Assembly (NCBI GenBank): GCA_963677495.2
Contig: CAXXOU010000002.1
Location: forward strand, 310,624-374,623
DNA: 64,000 nucleotides
Reading direction: 5' to 3'
DNA from: Candidatus Cloacimonadales bacterium
GTDB taxonomy: Bacteria > Cloacimonadota > Cloacimonadia > Cloacimonadales > JAFGVF01
Part shown: positions 37,698 through 47,213 of the stretch, piece by piece
Numbering within the stretch: the stretch's first letter is position 1
Layout of the letters: each line of letters opens with the position of its first letter
Notes under the pieces: model-generated
What the model was told of the DNA's origin: nothing
The model's input: only the letters and a program-made list of their open reading frames with translations
Database searches by the model: none
Made by a program: the position numbers and the translations under genes

Positions 37698-38471
37698 ATG
37701 AAAAAGATAATTAAGCTGATCTTTGCACTAACTCTATTCTGCTTGCTACTCCATGGAGTTAGTAGGTTGAACTACCAGGTAAGTCCTATTGAGTGTAACA
37801 TGTGCGGTCGCTGTATGAATAGTTGTCCAAATAATGCTATAGTTCCTGATCCTGAGCTGATGTGTATGCGCATTGATCAAAGCTTATGCGATGGATGTGG
37901 GAGTTGCGTGTCAGATTGCCCTCGGGGAGCTTTTTATGCGATAGATGGACGATCATTTATCTTTGGTAGAATTACTAACACAGAAACAAATTTTGCCATT
38001 AGTGGAGTGACAGTATCAAATGGAACAGATACTGTTGTTACTGATAGATACGGTGAGTACAGTTTTACTGTTACACAAGGAAGTTATACAATTACAGCAA
38101 CTTCTCCAAACTTTGATTCAGTAGTCATTAATGATATTACACTCGGAGCTGATGATGCAAATAGGTTAAACATAAATATGTCACCTACAACTTCCAATGC
38201 AGAGCATGATGTTGCCGAATTAAACAGTATAAGATGCTTTCCAAATCCTTGTGGGGAAGATGTAATGTTGAAGATTGAGTTTGGTGGTTATTCAGATTCA
38301 TTACTAATGGTAAGTAATATTAAGGGACAGATTGTTTTGAAAACTCGTATCAATGGGAGCTTCGAGTGGGATTGGAAAGATACGAATGGACATAAATTGC
38401 CATCAGGAATATACTTTGTGAATATTTATGATGGTAGGATTGCATGTACTAGAAAAATATTGTTAAAATAG
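37698..38471 (+). CDS. Secreted protein with a 2x[4Fe-4S] ferredoxin domain, a carboxypeptidase-regulatory-like Ig domain and a FlgD-Ig/T9SS-like C-terminus
   Basis: Signal peptide MKKIIKLIFALTLFCLLLHG; CNMCGRCMNSCP and CDGCGSCVSDCP; TDRYGEY..GSYTITA; FPNP..NIKGQ..SGIYF. Confidence 0.75.
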   Translation: MKKIIKLIFALTLFCLLLHGVSRLNYQVSPIECNMCGRCMNSCPNNAIVPDPELMCMRIDQSLCDGCGSCVSDCPRGAFYAIDGRSFIFGRITNTETNFAISGVTVSNGTDTVVTDRYGEYSFTVTQGSYTITATSPNFDSVVINDITLGADDANRLNINMSPTTSNAEHDVAELNSIRCFPNPCGEDVMLKIEFGGYSDSLLMVSNIKGQIVLKTRINGSFEWDWKDTNGHKLPSGIYFVNIYDGRIACTRKILLK

Positions 38472-38479
38472 AGGGTTAT

Positions 38480-39283
38480 ATGAAGTATAAAATATTGGTG
38501 CTAGCTATTATTATTACAACAGCATTAGGAGCGTTCGAAACACTCTTAAAGCTACCGGAAAGTGTAGTGTATATTGAAGAGATGAATGCTTTTCTGAGCT
38601 CAAATAAGAGCGGAGGAGCAATAATCAAATCTGATATGGAAGGTAAAGAAACTGTTTTCAATCAGGATCTTATATCAGTCCGAGGAATTACTAGATTAGA
38701 TTCTTTACTATATTGTGCTGCAGATGGGGGAGTTTTTGGTATAAGCCTAAACTCAGGTAAACTGGAAGTCCAAATCCCTATACCTGATACAGGCTTTTTA
38801 AATGACATTGCCTGGGATGGAAAAGATTATCTTTATGTCTCTGATATGAAGAAAGATAATATAATTAGAATAGATCTTCGTAGTAGATACAATATGATTT
38901 TTGCAGGTACAATCGAGAGTCCCAATGGCTTGTATTATGATCGGGAGAAAGAAGAGTTGATTGTTGTTTGCAATATCAAGAAATCCCCAATAGTTTCTGT
39001 TAATGCTGGAACCGGTGTGGTAAAAACTTTAACCAAAACTAAGTTGTCCTACTTAGATGGTATTACACGTGATAAGAACGGATATTTCTATGTTTCAAGC
39101 TGGGGAGATGGGACTGTTTACACTTTCGATAGTGAGTTTAAAGAGAAACCACAGAAGTTTATTACCCATCAGGATGGCCCAGCTGATATATATTACTTTG
39201 AGAAAGAGAATGCCATAGCTATACCCAACTTTAGAAAGAACATCATAAAGTTTGCAACTGTAAGAGATAGCTACCAGTTTTAA
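38480..39283 (+). CDS. Secreted SMP-30/gluconolactonase-like beta-propeller protein
   Basis: Signal peptide; PESV, FLNDIA, PNGL, LDGI, GPADI. Confidence 0.7.
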   Translation: MKYKILVLAIIITTALGAFETLLKLPESVVYIEEMNAFLSSNKSGGAIIKSDMEGKETVFNQDLISVRGITRLDSLLYCAADGGVFGISLNSGKLEVQIPIPDTGFLNDIAWDGKDYLYVSDMKKDNIIRIDLRSRYNMIFAGTIESPNGLYYDREKEELIVVCNIKKSPIVSVNAGTGVVKTLTKTKLSYLDGITRDKNGYFYVSSWGDGTVYTFDSEFKEKPQKFITHQDGPADIYYFEKENAIAIPNFRKNIIKFATVRDSYQF

Positions 39284-39288
39284 CCACA

Positions 39289-39773
39289 GGACTTGCGTCG
39301 CAGTGATAGCGTGACGCGAGAACTGTACAATGGCGATATGTTTTGATTAGCAAGTCACACTTCGTTGCGACTCACTCCTCAAAAAGGACTTGCGTTGCAG
39401 TGATAGCGTGACGCGAGAACTGAACTTTGGCGATATGTTTTGATTAGCAAGTCACAGTTCGTTGCGACTCACTTCTCAAAAAGGACTTGCGTTGCAGCGA
39501 TAGCGTGACGCGAGAACTGAACTTTAGCGATATGTTTTGATTAGCGAGTCACAGTTCGTTGCGACTCACTCCTCAAAAAGGACTTGCGTTGCAGCGATAG
39601 CGTGACGCGAGAACTGTACAATGGCGATATGTTTTGATTAGCAAGTCACACTTCGTTGCGACTCACTCCTCAAAAAGGACTTGCGTTGCAGCGATAGCGT
39701 GACGCGAGAACTGAACTTTGGCGATATGTTTTTGATTAGCGAGTCACACTTCGTTGCGACTCACTTCTCAAAA
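39289..39773. repeat. Tandem array of five 97-bp units, each an inverted REP doublet
   Basis: Units start at 39289, 39386, 39483, 39580 and 39677 with GGACTTGCGT.GCAG.GATAGCGTGACGCGAG and end with AGTCACA.TTCGTTGCGACTCACT.CTCAAAA. Confidence 0.95.
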
Positions 39774-39791
39774 GAAAGGAGGAATGCTGTT

Positions 39792-40355
39792 ATGAGATGT
39801 CATAAAGAAGAGTTCATCGAAGGGGCTACTTTTCATTTGTACAATAGAGCACCAGATGATACTGAGTTATTTAAGCATGATGATGATTATGAATACTTTT
39901 TGCAAAAATTGAGTAAGAATATTATAAAATATGGTTGTGATGTGAATGCATATTGTTTGATGCCAAATCATTTTCACTTTTGTATGACGCAAAGATCAGA
40001 GAAACCATTGTATAGAGTTTTGAATGACAGCTTTACATCATATGCACTGTATTTTAATCATAAATATGCTCGGAAAGGGCATATCTTCCAAGGAAAGCTG
40101 CAACACAAAAGAGTTATTGAGGATAGATACGTATATGAGTTATGTAGATATATTCACCTGAATCCCGTTAGAGCTGGGTTAGTAAAAGCACCAGAGGAAT
40201 GGAAGTATTCAAACTATTATAATTTAGTTAAAGGAAAAGCATCTATGTTATTATCACAAAACTTCATTGACTTAGTTAATGAAGGATTTGATAGTTATGC
40301 TGAGTTTGTTAATGATTATGTAAAAGATGAAGAAGAACAACGAAGGTTTTTTTGA
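39792..40355 (+). CDS. REP-associated tyrosine transposase (RAYT, Y1 HUH family)
   Basis: FHLYNR, AYCLMPNHFHF (HUH), YIHLNPVRAG (catalytic Tyr), WKYSNY; AAGGAGG RBS. Confidence 0.9.
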   Translation: MRCHKEEFIEGATFHLYNRAPDDTELFKHDDDYEYFLQKLSKNIIKYGCDVNAYCLMPNHFHFCMTQRSEKPLYRVLNDSFTSYALYFNHKYARKGHIFQGKLQHKRVIEDRYVYELCRYIHLNPVRAGLVKAPEEWKYSNYYNLVKGKASMLLSQNFIDLVNEGFDSYAEFVNDYVKDEEEQRRFF

Positions 40356-40492
40356 TTAGCGAGTCACACTTCGTTGCGACTCACTTTTCAAAAAGGACTT
40401 GCGTTGCAGCGATAGCGTGACGCGAGAACTGAACTTTAGCGATATGTTTTTGTTTAGCGAGTCACACTTCGTTGCGACTCACTTCTCAAAAA
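40346..40492. repeat. Half unit plus one full unit of the 97-bp REP array, downstream of the RAYT
   Basis: Same sequence as the upstream units; the full unit starts at 40395. Confidence 0.93.
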
Positions 40493-40506
40493 TGAAGGAG
40501 GAAACA

Positions 40507-40923
40507 ATGAACAAGACAGAGATATTAAGTCTATTCGAACCAATGCAGAGATGCTGGTTAGCAACTTATGATGGAGAGTATCCCCGAGTAAGACCGATGA
40601 TACTTACTTTTTGTGATAACAGATTCTGGTTAGCGTCAGGGATAGAAGACGCCAAGACTGAGCAAATAAAGAATCATCCTAATGTTGCAGTTAGTGTGTC
40701 ACTTAGGCAAGATGGGGAAGAGTGTTATTTAAGAATAAAAGGTAAAGCTCATTACTCAAATGCACCGGAAGAACGTGAGATGGTTTGGAATGTAGCCAAG
40801 TATATTGCCGGTTACTTTGACAAACCTGACCACCCGGGTTTTGGACTAATAGAAGTGATGCCTGATACTGTGCATTTTATGGCACCCGGTAGTAATATTG
40901 ATGAACCTATAGATTGGAAGTAA
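40507..40923 (+). CDS. Pyridoxamine 5'-phosphate oxidase-like FMN-binding protein
   Basis: LATYDGEYPRVRPM, KTEQIKNHPNV, LRIKGKA; AAGGAGG RBS. Confidence 0.8.
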   Translation: MNKTEILSLFEPMQRCWLATYDGEYPRVRPMILTFCDNRFWLASGIEDAKTEQIKNHPNVAVSVSLRQDGEECYLRIKGKAHYSNAPEEREMVWNVAKYIAGYFDKPDHPGFGLIEVMPDTVHFMAPGSNIDEPIDWK

Positions 40924-40930
40924 AATAATG

Positions 40931-40955
40931 AAGGCTGTTGTAAATCAACAGCCTT
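40931..40955. terminator. Hairpin between convergent genes
   Basis: AAGGCTGTTG-taaat-CAACAGCCTT. Confidence 0.55.
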
Positions 40956-40961
40956 AAATCT

Positions 40962-41603
40962 TTATCTGATAAAGTTAGTCATTATTTTCTTCTCAGGCTC
41001 CGGACGCTTTACTGTGTCCTTTGTCTGCTCTATCATCTGCATAATCCAAGCCATGTTCTTACCTAAAACTCTCATTATTTGCTTACCCTCTTCATCTTTC
41101 TCAGCGTCACCGGGCATTGTACCATGGATAACGTTCCAGTAATTTGAATTAGGCATAACCATTTCAGAGTAGTTGATGTAAGTATTCATTTGATGGAAGG
41201 AAGGTAATCCACCGGAACGTCTTACTGCTGTAACTGAAGCCCCGACTTTATTTCTAAATAGACTGCCATTTGCTCCTGCAACATAGAAAACACGGTCTAA
41301 AAATGACTTCATTGTTCCATTCATTCCGGCCCAATATACAGGAGAAGCGAAAAGCAGGCCATCTGCATCTTTCATCTTTTGTATGTATTCATTTACCACA
41401 TCACCAGTGATGATACATTTCTCATCTTTATTACGGAAGCACATGCCACAGCCTGTACATCCTTTAATAGTCTGATTACCAACAGGTAGTATCTCAGTTT
41501 CGATTCCAGCTGCTTCCAACTGTTCGAAAACAACCTTTATTGCATAAGCAGTGTTGCCATTAGCCTTTGGGCTTCCGTTTAACGCTATAACTTTCATATC
41601 CAT
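40962..41603 (-). CDS. Flavodoxin-family iron-sulfur flavoprotein
   Basis: NGSPKANGNT, CTGCGMC-x7-C, ASPVYW, RRSGG. Confidence 0.85.
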   Translation of the reverse strand: MDMKVIALNGSPKANGNTAYAIKVVFEQLEAAGIETEILPVGNQTIKGCTGCGMCFRNKDEKCIITGDVVNEYIQKMKDADGLLFASPVYWAGMNGTMKSFLDRVFYVAGANGSLFRNKVGASVTAVRRSGGLPSFHQMNTYINYSEMVMPNSNYWNVIHGTMPGDAEKDEEGKQIMRVLGKNMAWIMQMIEQTKDTVKRPEPEKKIMTNFIR

Positions 41604-41647
41604 CCTCGTTATATACTTTGTTTATGATATTGAAATGAATATGGGGT

Positions 41648-42523
41648 TTATGTCAATAAGATGTTACTGAAGTGCTTTTTGTTGGGGAGTGAGCTGCTTA
41701 AAAACTCAAGATAAGGTTTAACAGACTCTCTTGTAGGAGATGCTTCTAATCCTGAACCTGAGTAACATAAATAGTGCATTGTTCCATTTATATTCATGAA
41801 TCCCTTAACTCTTATGATGCTCGGAGTCTTGATTAGAAGTGTTTCCAGTTTAGTTAAGTCAATATTACGCTTACTCTTAATTGTGTATGAATAGAAACTG
41901 CTTTTAGTTGCTATAGGCTTGTCTACAATAGTATGATAAACACTAGATTCCAGTTCATGTAAATCAATATCAGAGAATGTCGCTTCAACGATAGAAGCTT
42001 TTGGATTGTAATTGCAGAGAACTTTCGTTATTTCGGTAGTAGTCGATTTATCAACTAAATCTGTCTTATTAAGTATAATCAGATTGCCAACACACAACTG
42101 AGATTGTATGAATTGGAACGCATCCAGAAGCTTGAGGACGTTTGTAGAATCAACTATGCAAACTATAGACTTAATACAAAAAGAGTTATCAAGTCCTGAA
42201 TCCCTAAGCATGGTATCTGCTGAAGAAGGATTGGATATACCACTTGCTTCGATTATTACTTCTTCAAAGCTATTGGTATCAATGCTATTAAGTGCTTCAA
42301 CGAATTCAGTTATCTTGCACGTGCAGAAAATACTACCACCGGTGATAGATTTAAGTGCTAAATCATCAGAATCAACCAACTCAGCATCAACACTGTTGGG
42401 AGAGAAGTCATTTACAAGATATAGAACTCTCTTCGACTTCTTATGCTCAATAATTCGTTGTAATAGGGTCGTTTTGCCACTACCTAAGAAACCTGTAATG
42501 ATTGTAATTGGTAATTTTGACAT
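41648..42523 (-). CDS. CobW/COG0523-family GTPase metallochaperone
   Basis: TGFLGSGKTT, GGSIFCTC, IEASG, NKTD, RVKG. Confidence 0.88.
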   Translation of the reverse strand: MSKLPITIITGFLGSGKTTLLQRIIEHKKSKRVLYLVNDFSPNSVDAELVDSDDLALKSITGGSIFCTCKITEFVEALNSIDTNSFEEVIIEASGISNPSSADTMLRDSGLDNSFCIKSIVCIVDSTNVLKLLDAFQFIQSQLCVGNLIILNKTDLVDKSTTTEITKVLCNYNPKASIVEATFSDIDLHELESSVYHTIVDKPIATKSSFYSYTIKSKRNIDLTKLETLLIKTPSIIRVKGFMNINGTMHYLCYSGSGLEASPTRESVKPYLEFLSSSLPNKKHFSNILLT

Positions 42524-43878
42524 TATCTCAGGTATTCTTCAACCTTCTTACGCAATTTATCACTATCCGGAATTATAGAGCTAAACGCAATCTCACCATT
42601 TATGCAGATAGTTGGAATGGAATGAACATTCAATGCTTTCATCATTAAAAGTCCTTCTTTAGTTGATATCTTGTATTCACGAATTTCCACTTTATCTTCT
42701 AATCCATGAATTGCATTCTTTACAGCATCCACCATATAGAAGCATGGGGGACAAGAGCCTGAATCAAGTGTTACAACTTCGACTAAAACCTTATCATAGT
42801 TTGCATAATCTTCTAAATCAGGTAATTGTTCATTCTCATCCTGCATATCTTTGATAAGAGCTTTTGCAATATCACGCTTATATGAATCTCTTGCAACTTC
42901 AGTCACAGCTATAAGATTCTTTTCCGGACAGTCAAAAGGAAGGTCACAGCCAGGGGCAAGAATGAAGCCTTTCGTACCTCCAATCTCTAAGCATTCAATT
43001 GCATTTTGTTGGGATTGAAGCTCAGTTCCAAAGAGAAGAATCTTGGTTAACTGAAGGTTACCTCCAAAGGATTTGTTATGCTTTTCACTTAGCTCCTTCA
43101 AGTATTCAAGCGAGATATTTTCATCAATGGAGATGTTGTCACAAGATGTTTTACACATCACTTCCAGATTTCGAGTAGCGTTACCACACACGAATAAAGA
43201 GCTAAGCAAGCCTGATTCTTTTATGTAATCAAATACTTTGTCTACATACGGAGTTACAAACTCAGTGAAATGTTCCGGTGATATCTGACTTGTCATAGGG
43301 TCGACAACAGCTATCACATCCATACCATTTTCAACGTAGAACTTAGTTGTTTCGATTGCAATGTCTGTACAAAACTCTAAAACATCCTTAATCTTAGTAG
43401 GATTCATAAGCATATCTAAGAATATATTGTTACCATAGAGGTGCAGAGCTAGAGTGAATGGACCGGTTATAAGCCCATAAAGTGCAATACTATCAGCAAC
43501 CTTAGGCTTCACTAGTGAAATAGCTGTTTGAACCTCAATAAAGCGACCTGAATCAGTTCTATACTCAGGGAGTTCATCTAAAGATACTTTCTCTAAAGGA
43601 TGAGAAGCTACAGAAGGAGGAAGCTTATCTCCCCATCGCATCTCACAACCCAGCTGTTCCGCTTCAAGTTGCAGATCAAATAGTACCGGTAAACCGTCAG
43701 GCTTATATAGCTCAACTGCTTTAAGCAATCCCTCTGCAATTCTCTCACCTGATTGCAAATATTTTGTAGCAGTAATGCCTAAAAGCTTTCCTCCATGAAC
43801 TCCAACAAATGGAACCCAAGGGGTTCTTTCTACTTCTCTATTCTTAAGTGCATTTAAAACTAGTTCTTTTCCGGTCAT
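42523..43878 (-). CDS. URO-D/MtaA-CmuA-family methyltransferase with a C-terminal thioredoxin-like domain
   Basis: DLQLEAEQLG, GPFTLA, GGNL, FILAPGCDLP; C-terminal CPPC and IPTICING. Confidence 0.8.
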   Translation of the reverse strand: MTGKELVLNALKNREVERTPWVPFVGVHGGKLLGITATKYLQSGERIAEGLLKAVELYKPDGLPVLFDLQLEAEQLGCEMRWGDKLPPSVASHPLEKVSLDELPEYRTDSGRFIEVQTAISLVKPKVADSIALYGLITGPFTLALHLYGNNIFLDMLMNPTKIKDVLEFCTDIAIETTKFYVENGMDVIAVVDPMTSQISPEHFTEFVTPYVDKVFDYIKESGLLSSLFVCGNATRNLEVMCKTSCDNISIDENISLEYLKELSEKHNKSFGGNLQLTKILLFGTELQSQQNAIECLEIGGTKGFILAPGCDLPFDCPEKNLIAVTEVARDSYKRDIAKALIKDMQDENEQLPDLEDYANYDKVLVEVVTLDSGSCPPCFYMVDAVKNAIHGLEDKVEIREYKISTKEGLLMMKALNVHSIPTICINGEIAFSSIIPDSDKLRKKVEEYLR

Positions 43879-43881
43879 TGT

Positions 43882-45807
43882 TTACTCCAAACTTGTATAG
43901 TTCGATTTTAAAGGAAAGCTTAATTCAAAAGTTGTGCCTTGATCTTGAGCACTTAGACATCGGATTGATCCGTTATTCTTTGTAACCAACTCTTTAATCA
44001 ATAGCATACCAATTCCGGTACCTTGTTCACCATTCGTTCCAAGAGTTGAGACATTGGATGAATCAAACAGGTGTTCAGCTTTATCCTTTGACATACCAAC
44101 TCCGGTGTCACTTATTGAAAAGACTAATTTATCGGGTTGGATAGATTCGCTCAGAGTGATGGTAGAACCTTGTGTTGAATACTTAATAGCGTTCTGAATA
44201 ATATTGCGGAATACAGTTTTTAAAGATCTTAAGTCACCTTTGATTGTGACATCAGAACTGATAGTGTTATTAATAGATATGTTTTTGGATTGCAATTGAT
44301 CTCTAAACAGCTTTGCTATCTCTTGAATACAATCATGGATTCGCACATCCATAATTGAAGACTCAAGACCTGAAATAACTTCTCTAGCCCAATTTATCAG
44401 GTCATCTGTGAGTTTATGAGTATTCTGCATTGAATCGCTAATACTCTGCATAATCACTGTCCTCTCCGATTCATATTCAATATCCGGAATCAGGCTTAAT
44501 AGCTGATTAGCATTTCCAATAGGACCTCGAACATCATGAATAATGATGGAAATCATCTTATCTCTAAGCTCTTTCTCTTCTTTGAGACTACTAAGATTAC
44601 CCAATAGCATCGATTTATCCTCTTCTAAAACATAATTTAGATACTTTAGCTCTTGGAGTTTATCTTGATAAGCTGATATAGCAATACAATCATGGTTCTC
44701 ACTTAGTGCGGAAGTAATATCCTCTAAGGCAAAAGCCATTACTTCGGTTTGCTTTTTAATTAAATACTCATTGTATTCTTTAGAACAGTCTAATGCTTTT
44801 TGAATATCACCTGTTTCCTGATAATACCTAATTCTTAATTCTGTAAACTTCATACTCATATTAGTTCCAATCTTCTCATCTACCATATTTAAGTATGTTT
44901 TGAAAGTATCATAATCATTCAGCTCAAGACAACATTCCATAATCAAGCTAAAGTATTGAAGTTGGTCTTTTATGTTTTCCCGTTGCTTTACCTGTTCTAC
45001 CATGCTTATTAATTGATCAAAAGCTTCCTTATAGTTACCAATATGGAGGAGATATGAACCTTGATTCCGGTTGTGAACTATATGGAAATGACTATGAGTT
45101 TCAAACTCTATTTGCTCGAATTTATCTAAGTATTCTTTGGCTTTTTGCAACTCACCATTTAAGATATAAGCGGAAGTTATATTATTGTAAAGCAACGGAA
45201 GTGGTACACTCAAATCATATACTGAGACTGTATCAAGAGCAATCGTAAAATAGTTTATTGCTTTAGAATACTCATTAATGGACATATAAGATGTGCCAAT
45301 ATTTGTCAGAATCCTATAGATAGCTCTGTTCTCATGTTGGTTATACAATTGTGAGTAATTATATGCTAATATCAGATGCTTAAGGGCTTTTCCGTGGTCT
45401 CCAATATCATTATAGATTGCCCCAATATTAGAATTAATTCCCATCAGCAATCTATTTGTCTCTTCAACTGTGCAGAGCTCTAATGCTTTGTTATAAGCAT
45501 CAAGTGCTTCTTCTGTTTCGCTCAACTGTGTTTTTATCACACCCAAATTACTATACAGACGTATTCTTTGCACTATCGAGCCATACTTAATTATCTGTTC
45601 TTTCTTCTCAGCGAATTGTCCTTCAAGCTTCTTAAAATTGAATTCATACATAAAGTTGAATTGTAACTGTTTCAGAATTAGTTCTATCGATTCAATACTA
45701 TTTGATTTATACTTTGGTTGTAACTCAGACATCAGGATTTCAAACTGTGCTTTATCATTTGACATGATGCACTTATCTAATGCCTTTAGATTCTCATTAA
45801 AGTTCAT
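43882..45807 (-). CDS. Cytoplasmic TPR-repeat sensor histidine kinase
   Basis: TPR helices (SNLG, SNIG, TNIG); IIHDVRGP H-box, NIIQNAIKY, DTGVG, GTGIG. Confidence 0.85.
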   Translation of the reverse strand: MNFNENLKALDKCIMSNDKAQFEILMSELQPKYKSNSIESIELILKQLQFNFMYEFNFKKLEGQFAEKKEQIIKYGSIVQRIRLYSNLGVIKTQLSETEEALDAYNKALELCTVEETNRLLMGINSNIGAIYNDIGDHGKALKHLILAYNYSQLYNQHENRAIYRILTNIGTSYMSINEYSKAINYFTIALDTVSVYDLSVPLPLLYNNITSAYILNGELQKAKEYLDKFEQIEFETHSHFHIVHNRNQGSYLLHIGNYKEAFDQLISMVEQVKQRENIKDQLQYFSLIMECCLELNDYDTFKTYLNMVDEKIGTNMSMKFTELRIRYYQETGDIQKALDCSKEYNEYLIKKQTEVMAFALEDITSALSENHDCIAISAYQDKLQELKYLNYVLEEDKSMLLGNLSSLKEEKELRDKMISIIIHDVRGPIGNANQLLSLIPDIEYESERTVIMQSISDSMQNTHKLTDDLINWAREVISGLESSIMDVRIHDCIQEIAKLFRDQLQSKNISINNTISSDVTIKGDLRSLKTVFRNIIQNAIKYSTQGSTITLSESIQPDKLVFSISDTGVGMSKDKAEHLFDSSNVSTLGTNGEQGTGIGMLLIKELVTKNNGSIRCLSAQDQGTTFELSFPLKSNYTSLE

Positions 45808-45865
45808 GACTCCTCCATAACTACACCTATTTAAGATCTTGAGCTTTGTCAATAACTTCGAAACA

Positions 45866-46531
45866 TTAATCTTTTCTTTTTATACAAGTTGGAGTTTCGC
45901 AATCATTACATGTATATTCACGTTTATTAACTCCATCTCCTAACCCAATTATTCCACTAACAGATTTAATCGGAGTCATAAGGGCTGATTCATTCAATTT
46001 AACTCCACAGAAGTTCTGGGGTAGAAGCTTGAAAAGCTTATGTTGCTCAATTACATCCCAACCACAATACCCCGGACTGAATCTATTGGTAACACCTAGA
46101 CCTGTAGAGTTTCTACTTAAATAGTCAGCAAGATAATCCACAACATTCTCAACAGCAAGTGAACCGATAGTATCGACAATATACCCATTGAAAGGATCGT
46201 TATTGCTGAAGAATTGGTTCATAAATTGGTCAAATCTACTACCTAAGGTAGCCAGGAAGATAGCAGATGATGTAACCTTGGGAAAGTGACTCATGATAGT
46301 TATACCAATATTTAGTTGTTCATTAGCAATAACTAAACTGTCATCATTTGTGGTTACGTTTTCAATCAAAACATAACCACAACTGATATCTATAACTTCC
46401 TTCACTCTTTGAATCAAATTCTCTATTAAAGGAGCAAAGTCATGATGTGAACCTCGATGATACCCAAGACAAATGGATACATCTTCGAGTGATGGTAAAA
46501 CATCATCACAGTTTGGTTTTAGCGTAACCAT
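45866..46531 (-). CDS. Stand-alone B12-dependent methionine synthase activation domain protein
   Basis: FLATLG, DTIGS, RFSPGYCGW, MTPIKSVSG, C-terminal CxxC..C. Confidence 0.85.
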   Translation of the reverse strand: MVTLKPNCDDVLPSLEDVSICLGYHRGSHHDFAPLIENLIQRVKEVIDISCGYVLIENVTTNDDSLVIANEQLNIGITIMSHFPKVTSSAIFLATLGSRFDQFMNQFFSNNDPFNGYIVDTIGSLAVENVVDYLADYLSRNSTGLGVTNRFSPGYCGWDVIEQHKLFKLLPQNFCGVKLNESALMTPIKSVSGIIGLGDGVNKREYTCNDCETPTCIKRKD

Positions 46532-46541
46532 CAAACTAAGA

Positions 46542-47204
46542 CTAAAGCTTTGCCAAGTGTTCAGCTAATTCGTACGGATCTTTGAAGTAACCATCAGCAA
46601 GAGTTTGTAGTCTAAACTCTTCAGTTACCGGAGCTCCACCAATGAATATCTTTGTGTTTGGGAATTGTTCCTTAATTGCCTCTATTGAGATTTTCATATT
46701 AGCCATGGTGGTAGTAAGAAGAGCGCTCATTCCCAGAATCGCATCAGGATGCTTCTCGAGTTCAGCAACGAAATCTTCAGTGTTGGAATCGACACCCAGG
46801 TCAATAACTTGCCAACCGTCACCTTCAAGTACCATTTTCACAAGGTTCTTTCCAATATCATGGAGGTCACCTGCAACTGTTCCTAATATAACAGTCCCTT
46901 TGTAGACTGCGTTCCCTGACTCAAAATATGGTTTTAACTCTCCGAGTGCAGCATACATTGCCTTTGCAGCAATCAATAACTCAGGAATAAAGGCTTCACC
47001 TGCTGAGAATCTCTCACCAACTTCGTTCATACCGGGCATTAAACCCTGTTGTAATATATCAATCGCACTTATGCCATTATTAAGTGCTTTATTCGTAAGC
47101 TCTTTCGCACCATCCTGCCCTTGCATATCAGGAGGATAAGGTGATTCCTTTGTGTCTTTTCCTTTGCTAATTGCATGCGCAATATCATTTATAATCTGAT
47201 CCAT
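46542..47204 (-). CDS. Corrinoid (B12-binding) methyl-carrier protein
   Basis: GLMPGM..VGERF..FIPELL cap domain; GDLHDIGKNLV, SALLTTT, IGGAP. Confidence 0.92.
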   Translation of the reverse strand: MDQIINDIAHAISKGKDTKESPYPPDMQGQDGAKELTNKALNNGISAIDILQQGLMPGMNEVGERFSAGEAFIPELLIAAKAMYAALGELKPYFESGNAVYKGTVILGTVAGDLHDIGKNLVKMVLEGDGWQVIDLGVDSNTEDFVAELEKHPDAILGMSALLTTTMANMKISIEAIKEQFPNTKIFIGGAPVTEEFRLQTLADGYFKDPYELAEHLAKL

Positions 47205-47213
47205 AAAATTCCT

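Noticed and set aside
39681..39791. N-terminal extensions MRCSDSVTRELNF... on ORFs 39681 and 40399
   Set aside because: They are translations of the repeat unit from TTG; AAGGAGG RBSs support starts at 39792 and 40507
39289..40492. CRISPR array
   Set aside because: Units are near-identical over all 97 bp with no unique spacers; no cas genes are present and the embedded gene is a Y1 HUH transposase
39289..40492. Integron attC array
   Set aside because: No IntI-like tyrosine recombinase in the window, and no RYYYAAC...GTTRRRY boundaries seen in the units
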